Assembly: GCA_964016885.1 (NCBI GenBank)
Contig: OZ024765.1
Coordinates: 9,114,001 to 9,178,000 of the forward strand
From: Eledone cirrhosa
Taxonomy: Eukaryota
DNA length: 64,000 bases
Direction of reading: 5' to 3'
Shown: in pieces, positions 14,885 through 28,529 of the stretch
Layout of the letters: each line of letters starts with the position of its first letter
How positions within the stretch are numbered: the stretch's first letter is position 1
Program-made: the position numbers and the translations under genes
Notes under the pieces: generated by a model
What the model saw: the letters and a program-made list of their open reading frames with translations, nothing else
Told to the model about the DNA's origin: nothing
The model's database searches: none

Positions 14885-15900
14885 ACTCAGACTCTCATCT
14901 CTCTCTGATCCAGCCTTTCACTTCAAACTTGCTGAGACTCTCATCTCTCTCTGATCCAGCCTTTCACTTCAAACTTGCTGAGACTCTCATCTCTCTCTGA
15001 TCCAGCCTTTCACTTCAAACTTGCTGAGACTCTCATCTCTCTCTGATCCAGCCTTTCACTTCAAACTTGCTGAGACTCTCATCTCTCTCTGATCCAGCAT
15101 TTCACTTCAAACTTACTCAGACTCTCATCTCTCTCTGATCCAGCCTTTCACTTCAAACTTGCTGAGACTCTCATCTCTCTCTGATCCAGCCTTTCACTTC
15201 AAACTTGCTGAGACTCTCATCTCTCTCTGATCCAGCCTTTCACTTCAAACTTGCTGAGACTCTCATCTCTCTCTGATCCAGCCTTTCACTTCAAACTTGC
15301 TGAGACTCTCATCTCTCTCTGATCCAGCCTTTCACTTCAAACTTGCTGAGACTCTCATCTCTCTCTGATCCAGCCTTTCACTTCAAACTTGCTGAGACTC
15401 TCATCTCTCTCTGATCTAGCCTTTCACTTCAAACTTGCTGAGACTCTCATCTCTCTCTGATCCAGCCTTTCACTTCAAACTTGCTGAGACTCTCATCTCT
15501 GCTCCCTGAGCAGGCCTTTCATTTTGAAACTTGCTGTGGTTTATCTCTCTCTGCTCTCTGGGCCAACCTTTCACTTCAAACTTGCTCAGGCTTTGCTGTC
15601 TGAGCCCTCTGAACTTGCCTTTTACTTCAAACTTGCTGAGATTCTCATCTCTTTTCTCTCTGAGCTGGCTTTTCACTTGAAGCTTGCTTAGGCTCAGTGC
15701 TGTCTGAGCCACCCTTTCACTTCAAACTCACTGAGACTCATCTCTCTGAGCGAGCTTTTCACTTGAAACTTGTTGAGGTTTATCTCTCTCTGATCTGGCC
15801 TTTAATTTGAAACTTACTGAAACTCTCATTTCTGAGCCAACTTTTCACTTGAAACTTACTCAGGTTTATCTCTCTGCTCTCTGAGTCAGCCTTTCACATG
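14885..15900. repeat. 46-bp minisatellite (~13 homogeneous units, then degenerate)
   Basis: Unit gagactctcatctctctctgatccagcctttcacttcaaacttgct. Copies diverge beyond ~15500. Confidence 0.95.
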
Positions 15901-17007
15901 AAATAGCCGTATTGATGCCTTAAATTTCCCCACCCCAAGCCTTTCTTTAGTTCTTGTGTCACCTCTATGCCTTCTTTTCATAGCCTCATGTCATCAATGT
16001 GTGTATATATGTGTGTATACACATACACACAAACATATATATGTATGTACATGTGATTATATATATATGTATATTTATGTATGTATATATATATATGTGT
16101 ATATTTATGTATGTATATGTGTATATATACATATTTATGTATGTATATGTGTCTATACATATATTTATACATAAATATATGTATATTTATATATGTATAT
16201 TTATATATGTATATATATATTCATGTATGTATACATATATATATATATATATATATGTATATTTATGTATGTATATATATATATGTGTATATTTATGTAT
16301 GTATATGTGTATATATACATATTTATGTATGTATATGTGTCTATACATATATTTATACATAAATATATGTATATTTATATATGTATATATATATTCATGT
16401 ATGTATACATATATATATATATATATATATGTATATTTATGTATGTATATATATATATGTGTATATTTATGTATATATATGTGTATATATACATATTTAT
16501 GTATGTATATGTGTCTATACATATATTTATACATAAATATATGTATATTTATATATGTATATTTATATATGTATATATATATTCATGTATGTATACATAT
16601 ATATATATATATATATATATGTATATTTATGTATGTATATATATATATGTGTATATTTATGTATGTATATGTGTATATATACATATTTATGTATGTATAT
16701 GTGTCTATACATATATTTATACATAAATATATGTATATTTATATATGTATATTTATATATGTATATATATATTCATGTATGTATACATATATATATATAT
16801 ATACATGCATATATATATATATATTATATAATATATATATATATATATATGATTTTGTTAGAGACCCACCTAAATATTGCTCGATTTTTATGGTAGAAAG
16901 TAGAAACCTAGTCGTTTAAAATGATTTAACCCGAGGCCTTCTCACTTTAGTCGGAGGAATCCCTCCTCTCTGGTTAACCTCCACTGCTTGCTGTTTAGTT
17001 TGGGTCA

Positions 17008-18187
17008 TGTCTTCAGGTGTGTAGTTGTACTGGAGATGTCTTCAGGTGTGTAGCTGTACTGGAGGTGTCTTCAGGTGTGTAGTTGTACTGGAGGTGTCTT
17101 CAGGTGTGTAGTTGTACTGGAGGTGTCTTCAGGTGTGTAGTTGTACTGGAGGTGTCTTCAGGTGTGTAGCTGTACTGGAGGTGTCTTCAGGTGTGTAGTT
17201 GTACTGGAGGTGTCTTCAGGTGTGTAGTTGTACTGGAGGTGTCTTCAGGTGTGTAGCTGTACTGGAGGTGTCTTCAGGTGTGTAGCTGTACTGGAGGTGT
17301 CTTCAGGTGTGTAGCTGTACTGGAGGTGTCTTCAGGTGTGTAGCTGTACTGGAGGTGTCTTCAGGTGTGTAGCTGTACTGGAGGTGTCTTCAGGTGTGTA
17401 GCTGTACTGGAGGTGTCTTCAGGTGTGTAGCTGTACTGGAGGTGTCTTCAGGTGTGTAGCTGTACTGGAGGTGTCTTCAGGTGTGTAGTTGTACTGGAGG
17501 TGTCTTCAGGTGTGTAGCTGTACTGGAGGTGTCTTCAGGTGTGTAGTTGTACTGGAGGTGTCTTCAGGTGTGTAGTTGTACTGGAGGTGTCTTCAGGTGT
17601 GTAGCTGTACTGGAGGTGTCTTCAGGTGTGTAGTTGTACTGGAGGTGTCTTCAGGTGTGTAGTTGTACTGGAGGTGTCTTCAGGTGTGTAGCTGTACTGG
17701 AGGTGTCTTCAGGTGTGTAGCTGTACTGGAGGTGTCTTCAGGTGTGTAGCTGTACTGGAGGTGTCTTCAGGTGTGTAGCTGTACTGGAGGTGTCTTCAGG
17801 TGTGTAGCTGTACTGGAGGTGTCTTCAGGTGTGTAGCTGTACTGGAGGTGTCTTCAGGTGTGTAGTTGTACTGGAGGTGTCTTCAGGTGTGTAGCTGTAC
17901 TGGAGGTGTCTTCAGGTGTGTAGTTGTACTGGAGGTGTCTTCAGGTGTGTAGTTGTACTGGAGGTGTCTTCAGGTGTGTAGTTGTACTGGAGGTGTCTTC
18001 AGGTGTGTAGCTGTACTGGAGGTGTCTTCAGGTGTGTAGCTGTACTGGAGGTGTCTTCAGGTGTGTAGCTGTACTGGAGGTGTCTTCAGGTGTGTAGCTG
18101 TACTGGAGGTGTCTTCAGGTGTGTAGCTGTACTGGAGGTGTCTTCAGGTGTGTAGTTGTACTGGAGGTGTCTTCAGGTGTGTAGCTG
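17008..18187. repeat. 29-bp minisatellite (~40 units)
   Basis: Unit gtcttcaggtgtgtag(c/t)tgtactggaggt. Confidence 0.97.
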
Positions 18188-18243
18188 GATTCACCACACT
18201 TGGTGAATTGTAGGTTGGTGTGGCTGTTCAACCCTTAACTGGG

Positions 18244-18313
<70 letters not shown>

Positions 18314-18512
18314 TCACACATATATATACATGTCTGTGTGTGTGTATATATATATACACACGCATACATATATATAAATATATATGTGTATATATATATA
18401 TATATGTATATATATGTATGTATATGTATATATATGTATGTATATGTATATATATATATGTATGTATATATATGTATATATATGTGTATGTATATATATA
18501 TGTATATGTATG

Positions 18513-18543
<31 letters not shown>

Positions 18544-18753
18544 GTATATGTATATATATGTATATATATAAGTATATATATATGTATATATATAAGTATA
18601 TATATATGTATATATATAAGTATATATATATATATGTATATATATATGTATATATATATATATGTATATATATATGTATATATATAAGTATATATATGTA
18701 TATATATAAGTATATATATATGTATATATATATATATATAAGTATATATATAA

Positions 18754-18787
<34 letters not shown>

Positions 18788-19121
18788 TCGTTTAACGTCC
18801 ATCTTCCACGCTAGCATGGGTTTAGACGGGAGTTGTCCCACTTGAAGCAAGATTGGTTGGGTGACCGTGTCTTGCTCGTATAGGACTGTATGGCAGGTTT
18901 TCTACGGCTGGATGCCCTTCCTAACACCACCCACATTTGACCTAACCTTTATTTTAAGATGCTTGTATTTAAACTAAAACATAATGTTTTGTCTCAACTT
19001 CCAAACACTCCATTAAGTTCTGGAGTTTCGGGGTGATTAAAATGAAATCAAATTTTTTCAATATTAACTGCTTGCTATTATCATCATCATCATCATCATC
19101 ATGATCATCATCATTTACTTC

Positions 19122-19158
<37 letters not shown>

Positions 19159-19756
19159 CCTTCTCATCTATTTAATAAAAAGTGTGATCTATCCATTGTT
19201 TCTGAGGAATAACAGAATGGATTTTTTGCACTCTGAAACGATTGTAAAGCTAAAAGAATGGATTAATTAATTACTAAATTGTGTATTATTTAGTTTCATT
19301 GTTCAACCATATATATATATATATATAGATGCCATTTGGTCTCTCTTTCTCTCTTTATATATATATATATATATACATACCATTTACTCTATCTCTCGCT
19401 TTCGATCTATCTTTATATCTGACTATATATATATATATATATGTATTTATTTATTTATATATATATATATATAATATATACACCATTTGCTCCAGAATAA
19501 GCCACAGATAACACTGCTACTTCCATGGACTGTTGGAATTCTTGGTGGTCTTCCTTTCGTGTTTCCACAGATGCCAGACTGACAGGTGTGTGTGTGTTTA
19601 TTTGCAGGTAAACAATATGTAGATTTATGTATCTCAAAAGAGTGAACCTAATAAACCACTATTTGTACTGCATCTCTGTTTTTGTTCCTGTCTATATTTA
19701 ACTAAATATATATATATATGTATATATATATGTATATGTATATATATATGTATATA

Positions 19757-19805
<49 letters not shown>

Positions 19806-20005
19806 GTATATATATATATGTATATATATATGTATATATATATGTACATATATATGTATATATATATGTATATATGTATATATATATGTATATATATATG
19901 TATATATATATGTATATGTGTATATAAATATGTATATATATATGTATATAAATATGTATATAAATATGTATATATATATGTATATAAATATGTATATAAA
20001 TATGT

Positions 20006-20036
<31 letters not shown>

Positions 20037-20361
20037 AATATGTATATATATATGTATATGTATATATATATGTATAAATATGTATATATATATGTATATA
20101 TGTATATGTATATATATATATGTATATGTATATGTATATATATATGTATATATATATGTATATGTGTATATATATATATATATATGCATATATATATATA
20201 TATAGATAGATAAATATACACGGGTGTATATGATTGTGTGTTATATTAATAAAAGGAATTCCAAAGTTGTCCGATTTACTCGTTTTATTTACAATCCTTT
20301 AAAATGTATAATGGTATTAGAATAAAATAGTATGGTAGAATTTTAAATGTTAAGTGTTAAT

Positions 20362-20400
20362 TGAACAAGTACTTTCATGCTTTCGCAATCTTCAGGTTCA
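20362..20400 (-). ncRNA. Type I hammerhead-like motif with vestigial stem II
   Basis: Minus strand: ugaac CUGAAGA uugc GAAA gcau gaaa guac UU guuca. Stem I is 5 bp and stem III has one mismatch. Confidence 0.45.
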
Positions 20401-20689
20401 TAATGTGTGGTGACAGTCAAGTTTGCAATTTTCAACTGTCAATATATATATATATATTCTCTATTTATTTATTTTCAAATTATACAAATTATATTAATTA
20501 TTTTATTATATTATTTATTTTCTGTTTTCTTCATTTATTGCCTTATATTTCTTCATATACATGCATATATACATATATGTATATATGTATATATGTGTAC
20601 ATATACATCCAGGCTGAAACAAATGTGGTCGTGTAGGTGTCACGACAAAAAAAAAAACACGCAGTCCACACTAGTGTGGCTGTGTAGGT

Positions 20690-22230
20690 AACGCGGTAAA
20701 AACCTCCCAGTCCATGCTGAAGGCATCAGGGGACGTAGGCACTAAACTGGTTGCAAGCATCATCAATCAGGCTATATATGGTGGTGTCATACCCAAAGAC
20801 TGGTGCAGCAGTATTCTCATAAATTACTACAAAGGTAAAGGGGATGCTCTGGAGAGGAGCAATTATAGGGGTATAAAACTGATGGATCGGGTTATGAAAG
20901 TGGCTGAAAGGATATTAGCACAACTAATTAGAGAAAGGGTCAAACTAGATGAGATGCAGTTTGGTTTTGTGCCTGGGAAGAGTACAACAGATGCCCTCTT
21001 CTTGGTGAGACAATTGCAAGAGCGGTTCTTAGAGAAAAATAAGCCACTATACTTAGCCTTTGTTGACCTAGAGAAGGCCTTTGATAGGGTACCCCGATCT
21101 GTCATCTGGTGGTCCCTAAGGAAACTAGGTATTGAGGAATGGCTAGTGAGGATAGTGCAAACTTTGTACAGAGGTACTCTCAGTAAAGTCAGGGTAGGAA
21201 TGGAGTTTAGTGAGGAATTCCAGATACAAGTAGGAGTACATCAAGGTTCGGTCCTCAGCCCGCTCTTGTTCATTATAGTCCTCCAAGCCATAACAGAGGA
21301 GTTTAAGACTGGCTGTCCATGGGAACTTCTCTATGCTGACGATCTGGTTCTTATAGCAGAATCAGTAGAGGAGCTAGAGAATAAATTCTGGCTATGGAAA
21401 CAGCAGTTGGAAGCAAGAGGACTGAGAGTGAACCTAGCTAAGACAAAAGTGTTGATGAGTAGAAAAGAGGACAAAACTCTGATTCCGTCAGGGAAATGGC
21501 CATGTTCGATATGCAGAAAAGGAACTGGCATAAATTCTATAAAATGCACACAATGCAGATCCTGGGTACACAAGAGATGTAGCGGGATAGCAGGCAAACT
21601 AACAGGTAGGGAGAAATATGTATGCAGTAGATCTACAGGGAAATTTGACAGTAGAGTCGCATTGATAGACACATTTTTCAAATGCAGGAGGGTGCTATAG
21701 AAGTGGTAGATAGCTTCCGGTACCTAGGAGATCAGATTAGCATGGGAGGAGGGTGTTCCGAGGCCTTAGTATCTAGAATAAGGATGGGTTGGAAGAAGGT
21801 TAGGGAGCTGCTTCCTCTGCTGACGAAGAAGGGTTTCAACTGCAGAGGATATGCGACGGCTGGAGAGAAATGAGGCAAGCATGCTCCGTTGGATGTGCGT
21901 GAACGACCCAGCATGAATGTGTTGAGAGAGAAACTGTGTCTGAGAGGGATAGAATGTAGTGTACGGGAGAGGAGACTGAGGTGGTATGGACATGTGATGC
22001 GCATAGAGGATGACCGATGGGTGAAGAAGTGCCTGGAAATGCCAGTTGAAGGAAGACGTGGTAGAGGTAGACCACGAAAAACATGGGTGGAGTTGGTGAG
22101 AACAGACCTCAGATCGCTGAAGCTCACGGTGGAGATGACGAAGGACCGTGACGAGTGGAGTGATGCTGTACTGAATAAACCCGTCCCACCTTTGCAAGCA
22201 GGGAAAAGCGGACGTAAAATGATGATGATG
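20690..22230 (+). mobile_element. 5'-truncated, frameshifted RTE-clade LINE (RT with YADD, Cys/His finger, (GAT)n tail)
   Basis: ORF 20714-21700 has QFGFVPGKST, FVDLEKAFDRV, GVHQGSVLSPLLF and LLYADDL. The C-terminus RLRWYGHVMR..RGRPRKTW lies in other frames. Ends in gatgatgatg. Confidence 0.92.
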
Positions 22231-22489
22231 ATATATATATATATACACACATACACACACATATATATATATATATATATTGTGTATATGTATGTATGGA
22301 ATAACAACAACACCCAAACAAACAACACTGACCTAAGAGAAGTATAAATAAATAAATACATACACAAGCACAATAACAACAAACACATAAACACACACTT
22401 GTAAACTAAGATAGAATACAATAACCAATACACTGTCACCCAAACACGAACACACATGCAAACAGAGAAGACAAAAATAAACAGACTAA

Positions 22490-22772
22490 ATAAAGATGGC
22501 GTAGACATACAATACAACGGGAGGAAACATAATAGCACCACTGACGATGTTGCAGATGTGCAACGAAAGAACTTTGTTAGACTATATATATATGTATTTG
22601 TGTCTATATGTTATCTGTATTTTTGACCGTTGGTCAGTCAATGGCAACATTGAGGACTGAATAAATTAAATTACCTGATATAAAGGACACAGAAGCGAAA
22701 ACCAACCAAACAGTGAGTGTGTTCTGTTATTAATTCTGGCAATATTATTACACAAATATGACCCTCCCCAAG
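22490..22772 (+). mobile_element. Short dispersed element with hammerhead-like core (family C)
   Basis: CUGACGA u guugca gaug ugcaac GAAA gaacuu at 22541-22574. Homologous to 60440-60715 (-) and more distantly to 40970-41265 (-). Confidence 0.6.
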
Positions 22773-22806
<34 letters not shown>

Positions 22807-24016
22807 AACAATGAGTTATTTGTTTTGTTGATTATTCAACAAAGTTAATTTAAAACAGATTAGAAGCACTCAACAGTTTTTGGAGTATAATATATATATA
22901 TGTATAAAGAAAAGAAATCGAAAATGCAACTGGAGTCTTTTTAAGAATATTTATTTGGTTCCTTTACTGGTTTCAGAGTTCTTCTGCTTTTCAAAAGTAG
23001 AGTTGAAATGGAGGTTTTGTGGTTTTTCTCACATCTGACTGGAGTTCGAATGTTACTTTTGTTTTATGTGGGAAAAAGTGGCTTGAATTGCGAGGTTTTT
23101 TAGATACTCTGCCCTTCCCCTCTCTCAGGAATAGGTGGGTGAAGAAGAAGTCAAAGAAGATGAAGAAGAAAAAGGCAAAGAAGATTCTTTTAGTTTCCCA
23201 GATTTACCTCCCTTTGTTTATTCAGTTTTCTTTCTGTTTCTTGACGGACGAAGTTTTAAGATCTTCCGTGAAAGTCTTCCAGGTTCTCGCTCTCTCCTCA
23301 TAATCCAACAACCAAGTACACGGTATTAACAGAAGGGTTCTCTATATTAACTCGCCGGTAGACTTAGCTAAAAATAGCAATCAAATTACCCCTAAAAACT
23401 ACACAAACTGTGCACAGATTTAAAAAAAACTGAATGTAAGGTCACATTGAACAATGTAGTCCGAGATACATTGTCTAAAAGAAGAAATATTTAAATAAAT
23501 ATAAGAGATGGTGGTCACGGTTGGAGCGGTATTTTCTTCATATCTGTCTTAATTCTAATAGTTTTTACCTCCCGTAAAAAACTAATTAAGGTATTAACTC
23601 ACCCGGCAGCAAGTCAATTTAACTGCGACGTGGAGTCTACATGGTTATTAAGAGCTGCTAGAAACATCAGCTAAACCCCTCTCCACAGCAGCGGCGACCT
23701 GTGTAGTATATATATATATATATATATATATATACAAGCGACAACGAGCACGTATTGGGTTCCAAAATGAACTGTCGTTCAAAAATTATCCTGCAAATAT
23801 ATATATAAATAAATATATATACACATATTTATATATATACATGTTTATATATACACACACGTGTTGGATTACAAAATTAACAGTGATTTAAAAGTGATTG
23901 GATAATATATATACACATATATATATATGCACATATTTATATATACAAATATATAAAAACACACACACATACACATATATACACTCGCGTATATATAAAG
24001 ATATATACTCATATAA

Positions 24017-24047
<31 letters not shown>

Positions 24048-24213
24048 CGCACATATATACACACATTTATATATAAACGCACACACACATACATATATAT
24101 ACGCACGTATATATACACACACACATACATATATACACGCACATATATACACAGTTATATCTGTGTATGGTAACCGGACTAAGAAACAGATCAAGTCTAC
24201 CTATACACTCAAC

Positions 24214-24423
24214 ATGATATCAACATTGCTACTTTTATTCTCCAATGCTTATTCATTATGGGGCTCTAGACCTTCCACTGAAACCCCACCTGAAGAAAAG
24301 GTGCCAGAAGAAAGGAGTTTTGTTGTTATTAAACCCGACGGAATCCAACGAGGACTCTGTGGACAAATTCTTAAAAAATTTGAACGAAAAGGATTTAAAT
24401 TAGTAGCTTCTAAATTATTATAC
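24214..24423 (+). CDS. NME3-like nucleoside diphosphate kinase, coding exon 1
   Basis: [17 protein letters not shown]...[38 protein letters not shown], then donor gtgagt (phase 0). Confidence 0.92.
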
Positions 24424-24838
24424 GTGAGTACCTTGTTTCCTCTTATAAAACAGGCCTAAAAAAAGTACTAGGCCTTAATTTTCCCCTAAAAAAAAAGTAC
24501 TAGGCTTTATTTTTCTTTTAAAAATAGGTACCAGGCCCAATGCCGGATTTACCATTGTGCTTAGGTGTGCTTAAGCACAGGGCCCCGTAGGCCAGAGGCG
24601 GGCCCATCTACCTGTGGAGGCCAAGCAGGCCTACCTCTTTCAGGGCCAGGTCTCATCACTTCACTAGCACAAGACCTCATTTGTCCTCAATCCGGCACAC
24701 ACACACACACATATAAATATCTATATACATACATACAGGGTACCCCCCCCCCTAAAAAAATGTATATACACTTATATTATAATGTTGTTGAAGTGAGTAT
24801 ACATTTTTGGGGGGGATCTTATATATATATATATACGT

Positions 24839-25030
24839 AGGTCCCGGGTTGAGTCGGGGATAACCACAGTAAGTAAGGTACTCAATACATGGCAGAGTAA
24901 AATTTTTTTTATTTTATAGAATGAGCTTCTGCAGGACTAGTACTGTTTCATTCAGATGAAATCTTCAGGAAGCTTCCTGAAGATTTCATCTGAATGAAAC
25001 AGTACTAGTCCTGTAGAAGCTCCTTCTATA
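24839..25030. mobile_element. Penelope-like/retrozyme-type short element with two head-to-head type I hammerheads (family B)
   Basis: Inverted repeat centred on ggaagcttcc. The + arm 24971-25021 reads agcuuc CUGAAGA uuucaucugaau GAAACAG uacuaguc CUGUA gaagcu. Confidence 0.75.
24971..25021 (+). ncRNA. Type I hammerhead ribozyme motif (intact core, GUA site)
   Basis: Stem I agcuuc/gaagcu, core CUGAAGA and GAAA, stem II uuc/gaa, stem III ACAG/CUGU. Predicted cleavage after A25015. Confidence 0.75.
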
Positions 25031-25531
25031 TATATATATATTATATAACTGAGGATGTCTGTCTGTGTGTGTGCCTGTGAGTTTGAATCCCTAAAACTCG
25101 AGAAGTACCCAATCGATTTTTTTCAAAGTTTACATGTGTATTACTTATGTTTCAGGGAATGTTATGCACTTAACAAAATTCAACTTTTTGATCCCGCAGA
25201 GCCCGCATTAGGTGGAAAACTGCGTTTTTTCAGCTTTTTAGGGGTTTTTTGAGGAGTTACGTCAGACCTATTTCCTTGAAATTGTAACTGTTTTAGTCAG
25301 TCTCTTCTTCATACCGTGAGCAAAGAAAATCCAACTTTTTTATGGCCTAGGGCCCCGCATTAGGTGAAACCTACATTTTTCCTGTTTCATCGAGGAAAAT
25401 CTTAGATTATCCAGCCATCAGAGTATTCGGTTTATTTTCTTTACATATTGTCAAGGCATGCAGTATTTCCACGATTAGGTCTGTTGGCGGCCCGCGTTCC
25501 TTATCCCGTGCAGCGTCGGGTACCAATGCTA

Positions 25532-25532
<1 letters not shown>
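25025..25532 (+). mobile_element. Non-autonomous Helitron, same family as 11597-12214
   Basis: 5' tctatata...actgaggatgtctg...gagtttgaatccctaaaact; 3' cccgtgcagcgtcgggtaccaatgCTAG. Confidence 0.72.
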
Positions 25533-25566
<34 letters not shown>

Positions 25567-26244
25567 AGCTGCGCCCTCGTTATCGAGTATAGCCATTTCA
25601 CGATATACCACGATTAATAATTAATTCTATCGTGCAATGCCTGCGCATGAAGATATTTTTCAAAGTGAGGAAAGACTGTGCACTGAGCCAATCCCACTCT
25701 CTGAGCGACAGTAGCTATAACCCGAAAAGAAAAGATCAACATCATCGGTAACAACTGAGCCGCAGGTTTTATATCGGAGTTATCCCAGTTACATGACAAA
25801 GGTTAGGGGGTCCTTCACTCCCAGTGGTTTAACCGTGTGATCGGGTGTCCAGCCCGACTATTTCTATGTCCCTGCGCATATACTTACACATACAGCCATG
25901 TACATACGCATACACATATGTACAAGTTTATATACATATTTACACACTTTTGGATGGCCGTTGACTCTTACGAGTTCTTCCGTCCTTGTCAGGTTTTGTT
26001 TATATATATAAACGCTACATTATGTGGTCAACCTTTCGCGGTAGGGTCCACACCGTAGGTAAATTGTTTCCAAAGAAGTCGGTTTGATCGAACCCATATA
26101 TTATGACTGACAGTATACAGTTCTCTGCAACAGACCAGTCAATATATCAATATTATCGACCCTCCGAAACGATCGTAAAACAATGATATGAATAGGTAAA
26201 ATAACTTGCTTTTGTTGTCATTGTTAAATAAAATATGTAATATA

Positions 26245-26430
26245 TATAGAGAGATGGCTTCTACAGGACTAGAACTGTTTCATTCGAAAAAATCATCTGG
26301 AAAGACCTAATGATTTCCTTCAAATGAAACAGTTCTAGTCCTGTAGAAGCCATCTCTATATTAAATATTTATATTCTGCTATGTATTGAGTACCTTACTT
26401 ACTGTGGTTAACCCCGATTGAACCCGGGAT
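26245..26430 (-). mobile_element. Second, degenerate family-B double-hammerhead element in opposite orientation
   Basis: Arms ggcttctacaggactagaactgtttcatt / aatgaaacagttctagtcctgtagaagcc. Cores are mutated (CUAAUGA, CAGAUGA). The tail tattgagtaccttacttactgtggtta...cccggga is the reverse complement of 24841-24890. Confidence 0.7.
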
Positions 26431-26489
<59 letters not shown>

Positions 26490-26498
26490 CCTGTTTAA

Positions 26499-27048
26499 CC
26501 CTTTAGCATTTACATTACTCTATATATGGTAAAAGCTTTACCTCACATAATATCACATAACATTTACATTACTCTATATATACTTTTCACAGTAATGGCT
26601 TTACCTCATATAATATCTCACATAACATTTACATTACTCTATATATACTATTGTATTGTCACAGTAAAGGCTTTACCTCACATAATATCTCACATAACAT
26701 TTACATTACTCTATATATACTATTGTATTTTCACAGTAAAGGCTTTACCTCACATAATATCTCACATAACATTTACATTACTCTATATATACTATTGTAT
26801 TTTCACAGTAAAGACTTTACCTCACATAACATTTACATTACTTTATATATACTATTGTATTTTCACAGTAAAGGCTTTACTTCACATAATATCTCACATA
26901 ACACTTACATTACTCTATATATACTATTGTGTTTTCACAGTAAAAGCTTTACCTCACATAATATTGAATCTATGAGATTTTGATATTTATTTTGAGAACA
27001 ATACCTTAACATAAGTATGAGCAACCGGTTTGAACAGAAAGAGGCGAG
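26499..27048 (+). mobile_element. piggyBac-like MITE copy with ~6 internal 72-bp units, right end lost
   Basis: Starts TTAA-ccctttagcatttac and has the same body as 62256-63463. Interrupted by the SINE-derived array. Confidence 0.75.
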
Positions 27049-27049
27049 A

Positions 27050-28140
27050 CAAAAATCACCCAGTCTACACTGTAAAGTGGTCATGTAGGTGTCATGACAA
27101 AAGGTACCCAGTCCACACTCTAAAGTGGTCATGTAGGTGTCAACAAAAAACACCCAGTCCACACTGTAAAGTGGTCGTGTAGGTGTCACAACAAAAAACA
27201 CCCAGTCCACACTGTAATGTGGTCATGTAGGTGTCACGACATAAAGCACCCAGTCCACACTGTAATGTGGTCATGTAGGTGTCACGACATAAAGCACCCA
27301 GTCCACACTGTAATGTGGTCATGTAGGTGTCACGACATAAAGCACCCAGTCCACACTGTAATGTGGTCATGTAGGTGTCACGACATAAAGCACCCAGTCC
27401 ACACTGTAATGTGGTCATGTAGGGGTCACGATATAAAGCACCCAGTCCACACTGTAATGTGGTCATGTAGGTGTCACGACATAAAGCACCCAGTCCACAC
27501 TGTAATGTGGTCATGTAGGGGTCACGATATAAAGCACCCAGTCCACACTGTAATGTGGTCATGTAGGTGTCACAACAAAAAACACCCAGTCCACTCTGTA
27601 ATGTGGTCATGTAGGTGTCACAACAAAAAACACCCAGTCCACACTGTAATGTGGTCATGTAGGTGTCACGACATAAAGCACCCAGTCCACACTGTAATGT
27701 GGTCATGTAGGTGTCACAACAAAAAACACCCAGTCCACACTGTAAAGTGGTCATATAGGTGTCACAACAAAAAACACCCAGTCCACTCTGTAATGTGGTC
27801 ATGTAGGTGTCACAACAAAAAACACCCAGTCCACACTGTAATGTGGTCATGTAGGTGTCACAACAAAAAGTACCCAGTCCACACTGTAATGTGGTCATGT
27901 AGGTGTCACGACATAAAGCACCCAGTCCACACTGTAATGTGGTCATGTAGGTGTCACGACATAAAGCACCCAGTCCACTCTGTAAATGTGGTTGGAGTTA
28001 GGAAGAGCATCCAGTCGTAGAAATCTAGCCAGCAACAGTTCTTTGAGCGAGACACGGTCACCTGACTCAACTTGCCTCAAGTGGGACAAACCCGTCTAAC
28101 CCATGCTAGCGTGGAAGATAGACGTTAAACAATGACGATG
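27050..28140 (+). repeat. SINE with internal 48-bp unit expanded to ~19 copies
   Basis: Unit aaagcacccagtccacactgtaatgtggtcatgtaggtgtcacgacat, followed by the SINE 3' part (ttaggaagagcatccag...aacccatgctagcgtggaag). Confidence 0.88.
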
Positions 28141-28159
28141 TTCTAACATTATATATTAT

Positions 28160-28445
28160 TTCAATTTACGTCCCTTTACGATCTGAGTTCAAATCCCGCC
28201 GAGGTTGACTTTGCCTTTCATCCTTACGGGGTCGATAAAATAAAGTACCAGTAATGCACTGGGGTAATTGCTGGCCTTGTGCCTAAAGTAGAAACAATTA
28301 TATATTATTTCAACACCCCTTTATGGTCTGAGTTCAGATCCCACCGAGGTTAACTTTGCCTTTCATCCTTACGGGGTCGATAAAATAAAGTACCAGTAAT
28401 ACACTGGGATAATTGCTGGCCTTGTGGCAAAAGTAGAAACAATTA
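28160..28445 (+). mobile_element. Two tandem partial copies of a tRNA-related SINE (gagttcaaatccc...ggggtcgataaaataaagtaccagt family)
   Basis: B-box-like GTTCAAATCC. Other copies at ~28858-29015, 29655-29797, 40405-40565, 42175-42295(-), 55700-55895, 63520-63715 and 63820-64000. Confidence 0.75.
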
Positions 28446-28529
28446 TTTATTATTTCTTTCCAGCCAAGCAAGGACCTGTTGCAGGCCCATTATGACAAAT
28501 CCCAACAGTATAACTGGTATTCTAAGAGT

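Noticed and set aside
16915-17010. Possible minus-strand terminal exon (MTQTKQQAVEVNQRGGIPPTKVRRPRVKSF*)
   Set aside because: Short, abuts a 29-bp array that is not a multiple of three, and has no acceptor or homology support.
17008-18187. 29-bp repeat as a CRISPR array
   Set aside because: No spacers, no cas genes, and the context is eukaryotic.
13026-20221. Many YI/YM/CV-rich ORFs (also 38717-40170 and 45618-47909)
   Set aside because: Translations of (TA)n/(TG)n microsatellites.
22950-23330. Coding-looking unique sequence (short ORFs on both strands)
   Set aside because: Stops occur in all long frames, no recognisable domain is present, and no consistent splice pair was found.
26062-26190. 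GAAACGATCGTA with possible stem I ttgttt/aaacaa
   Set aside because: The upstream core reads CCAAAGA and the intervening ~90 nt does not form a clear stem II. Too degenerate to call.
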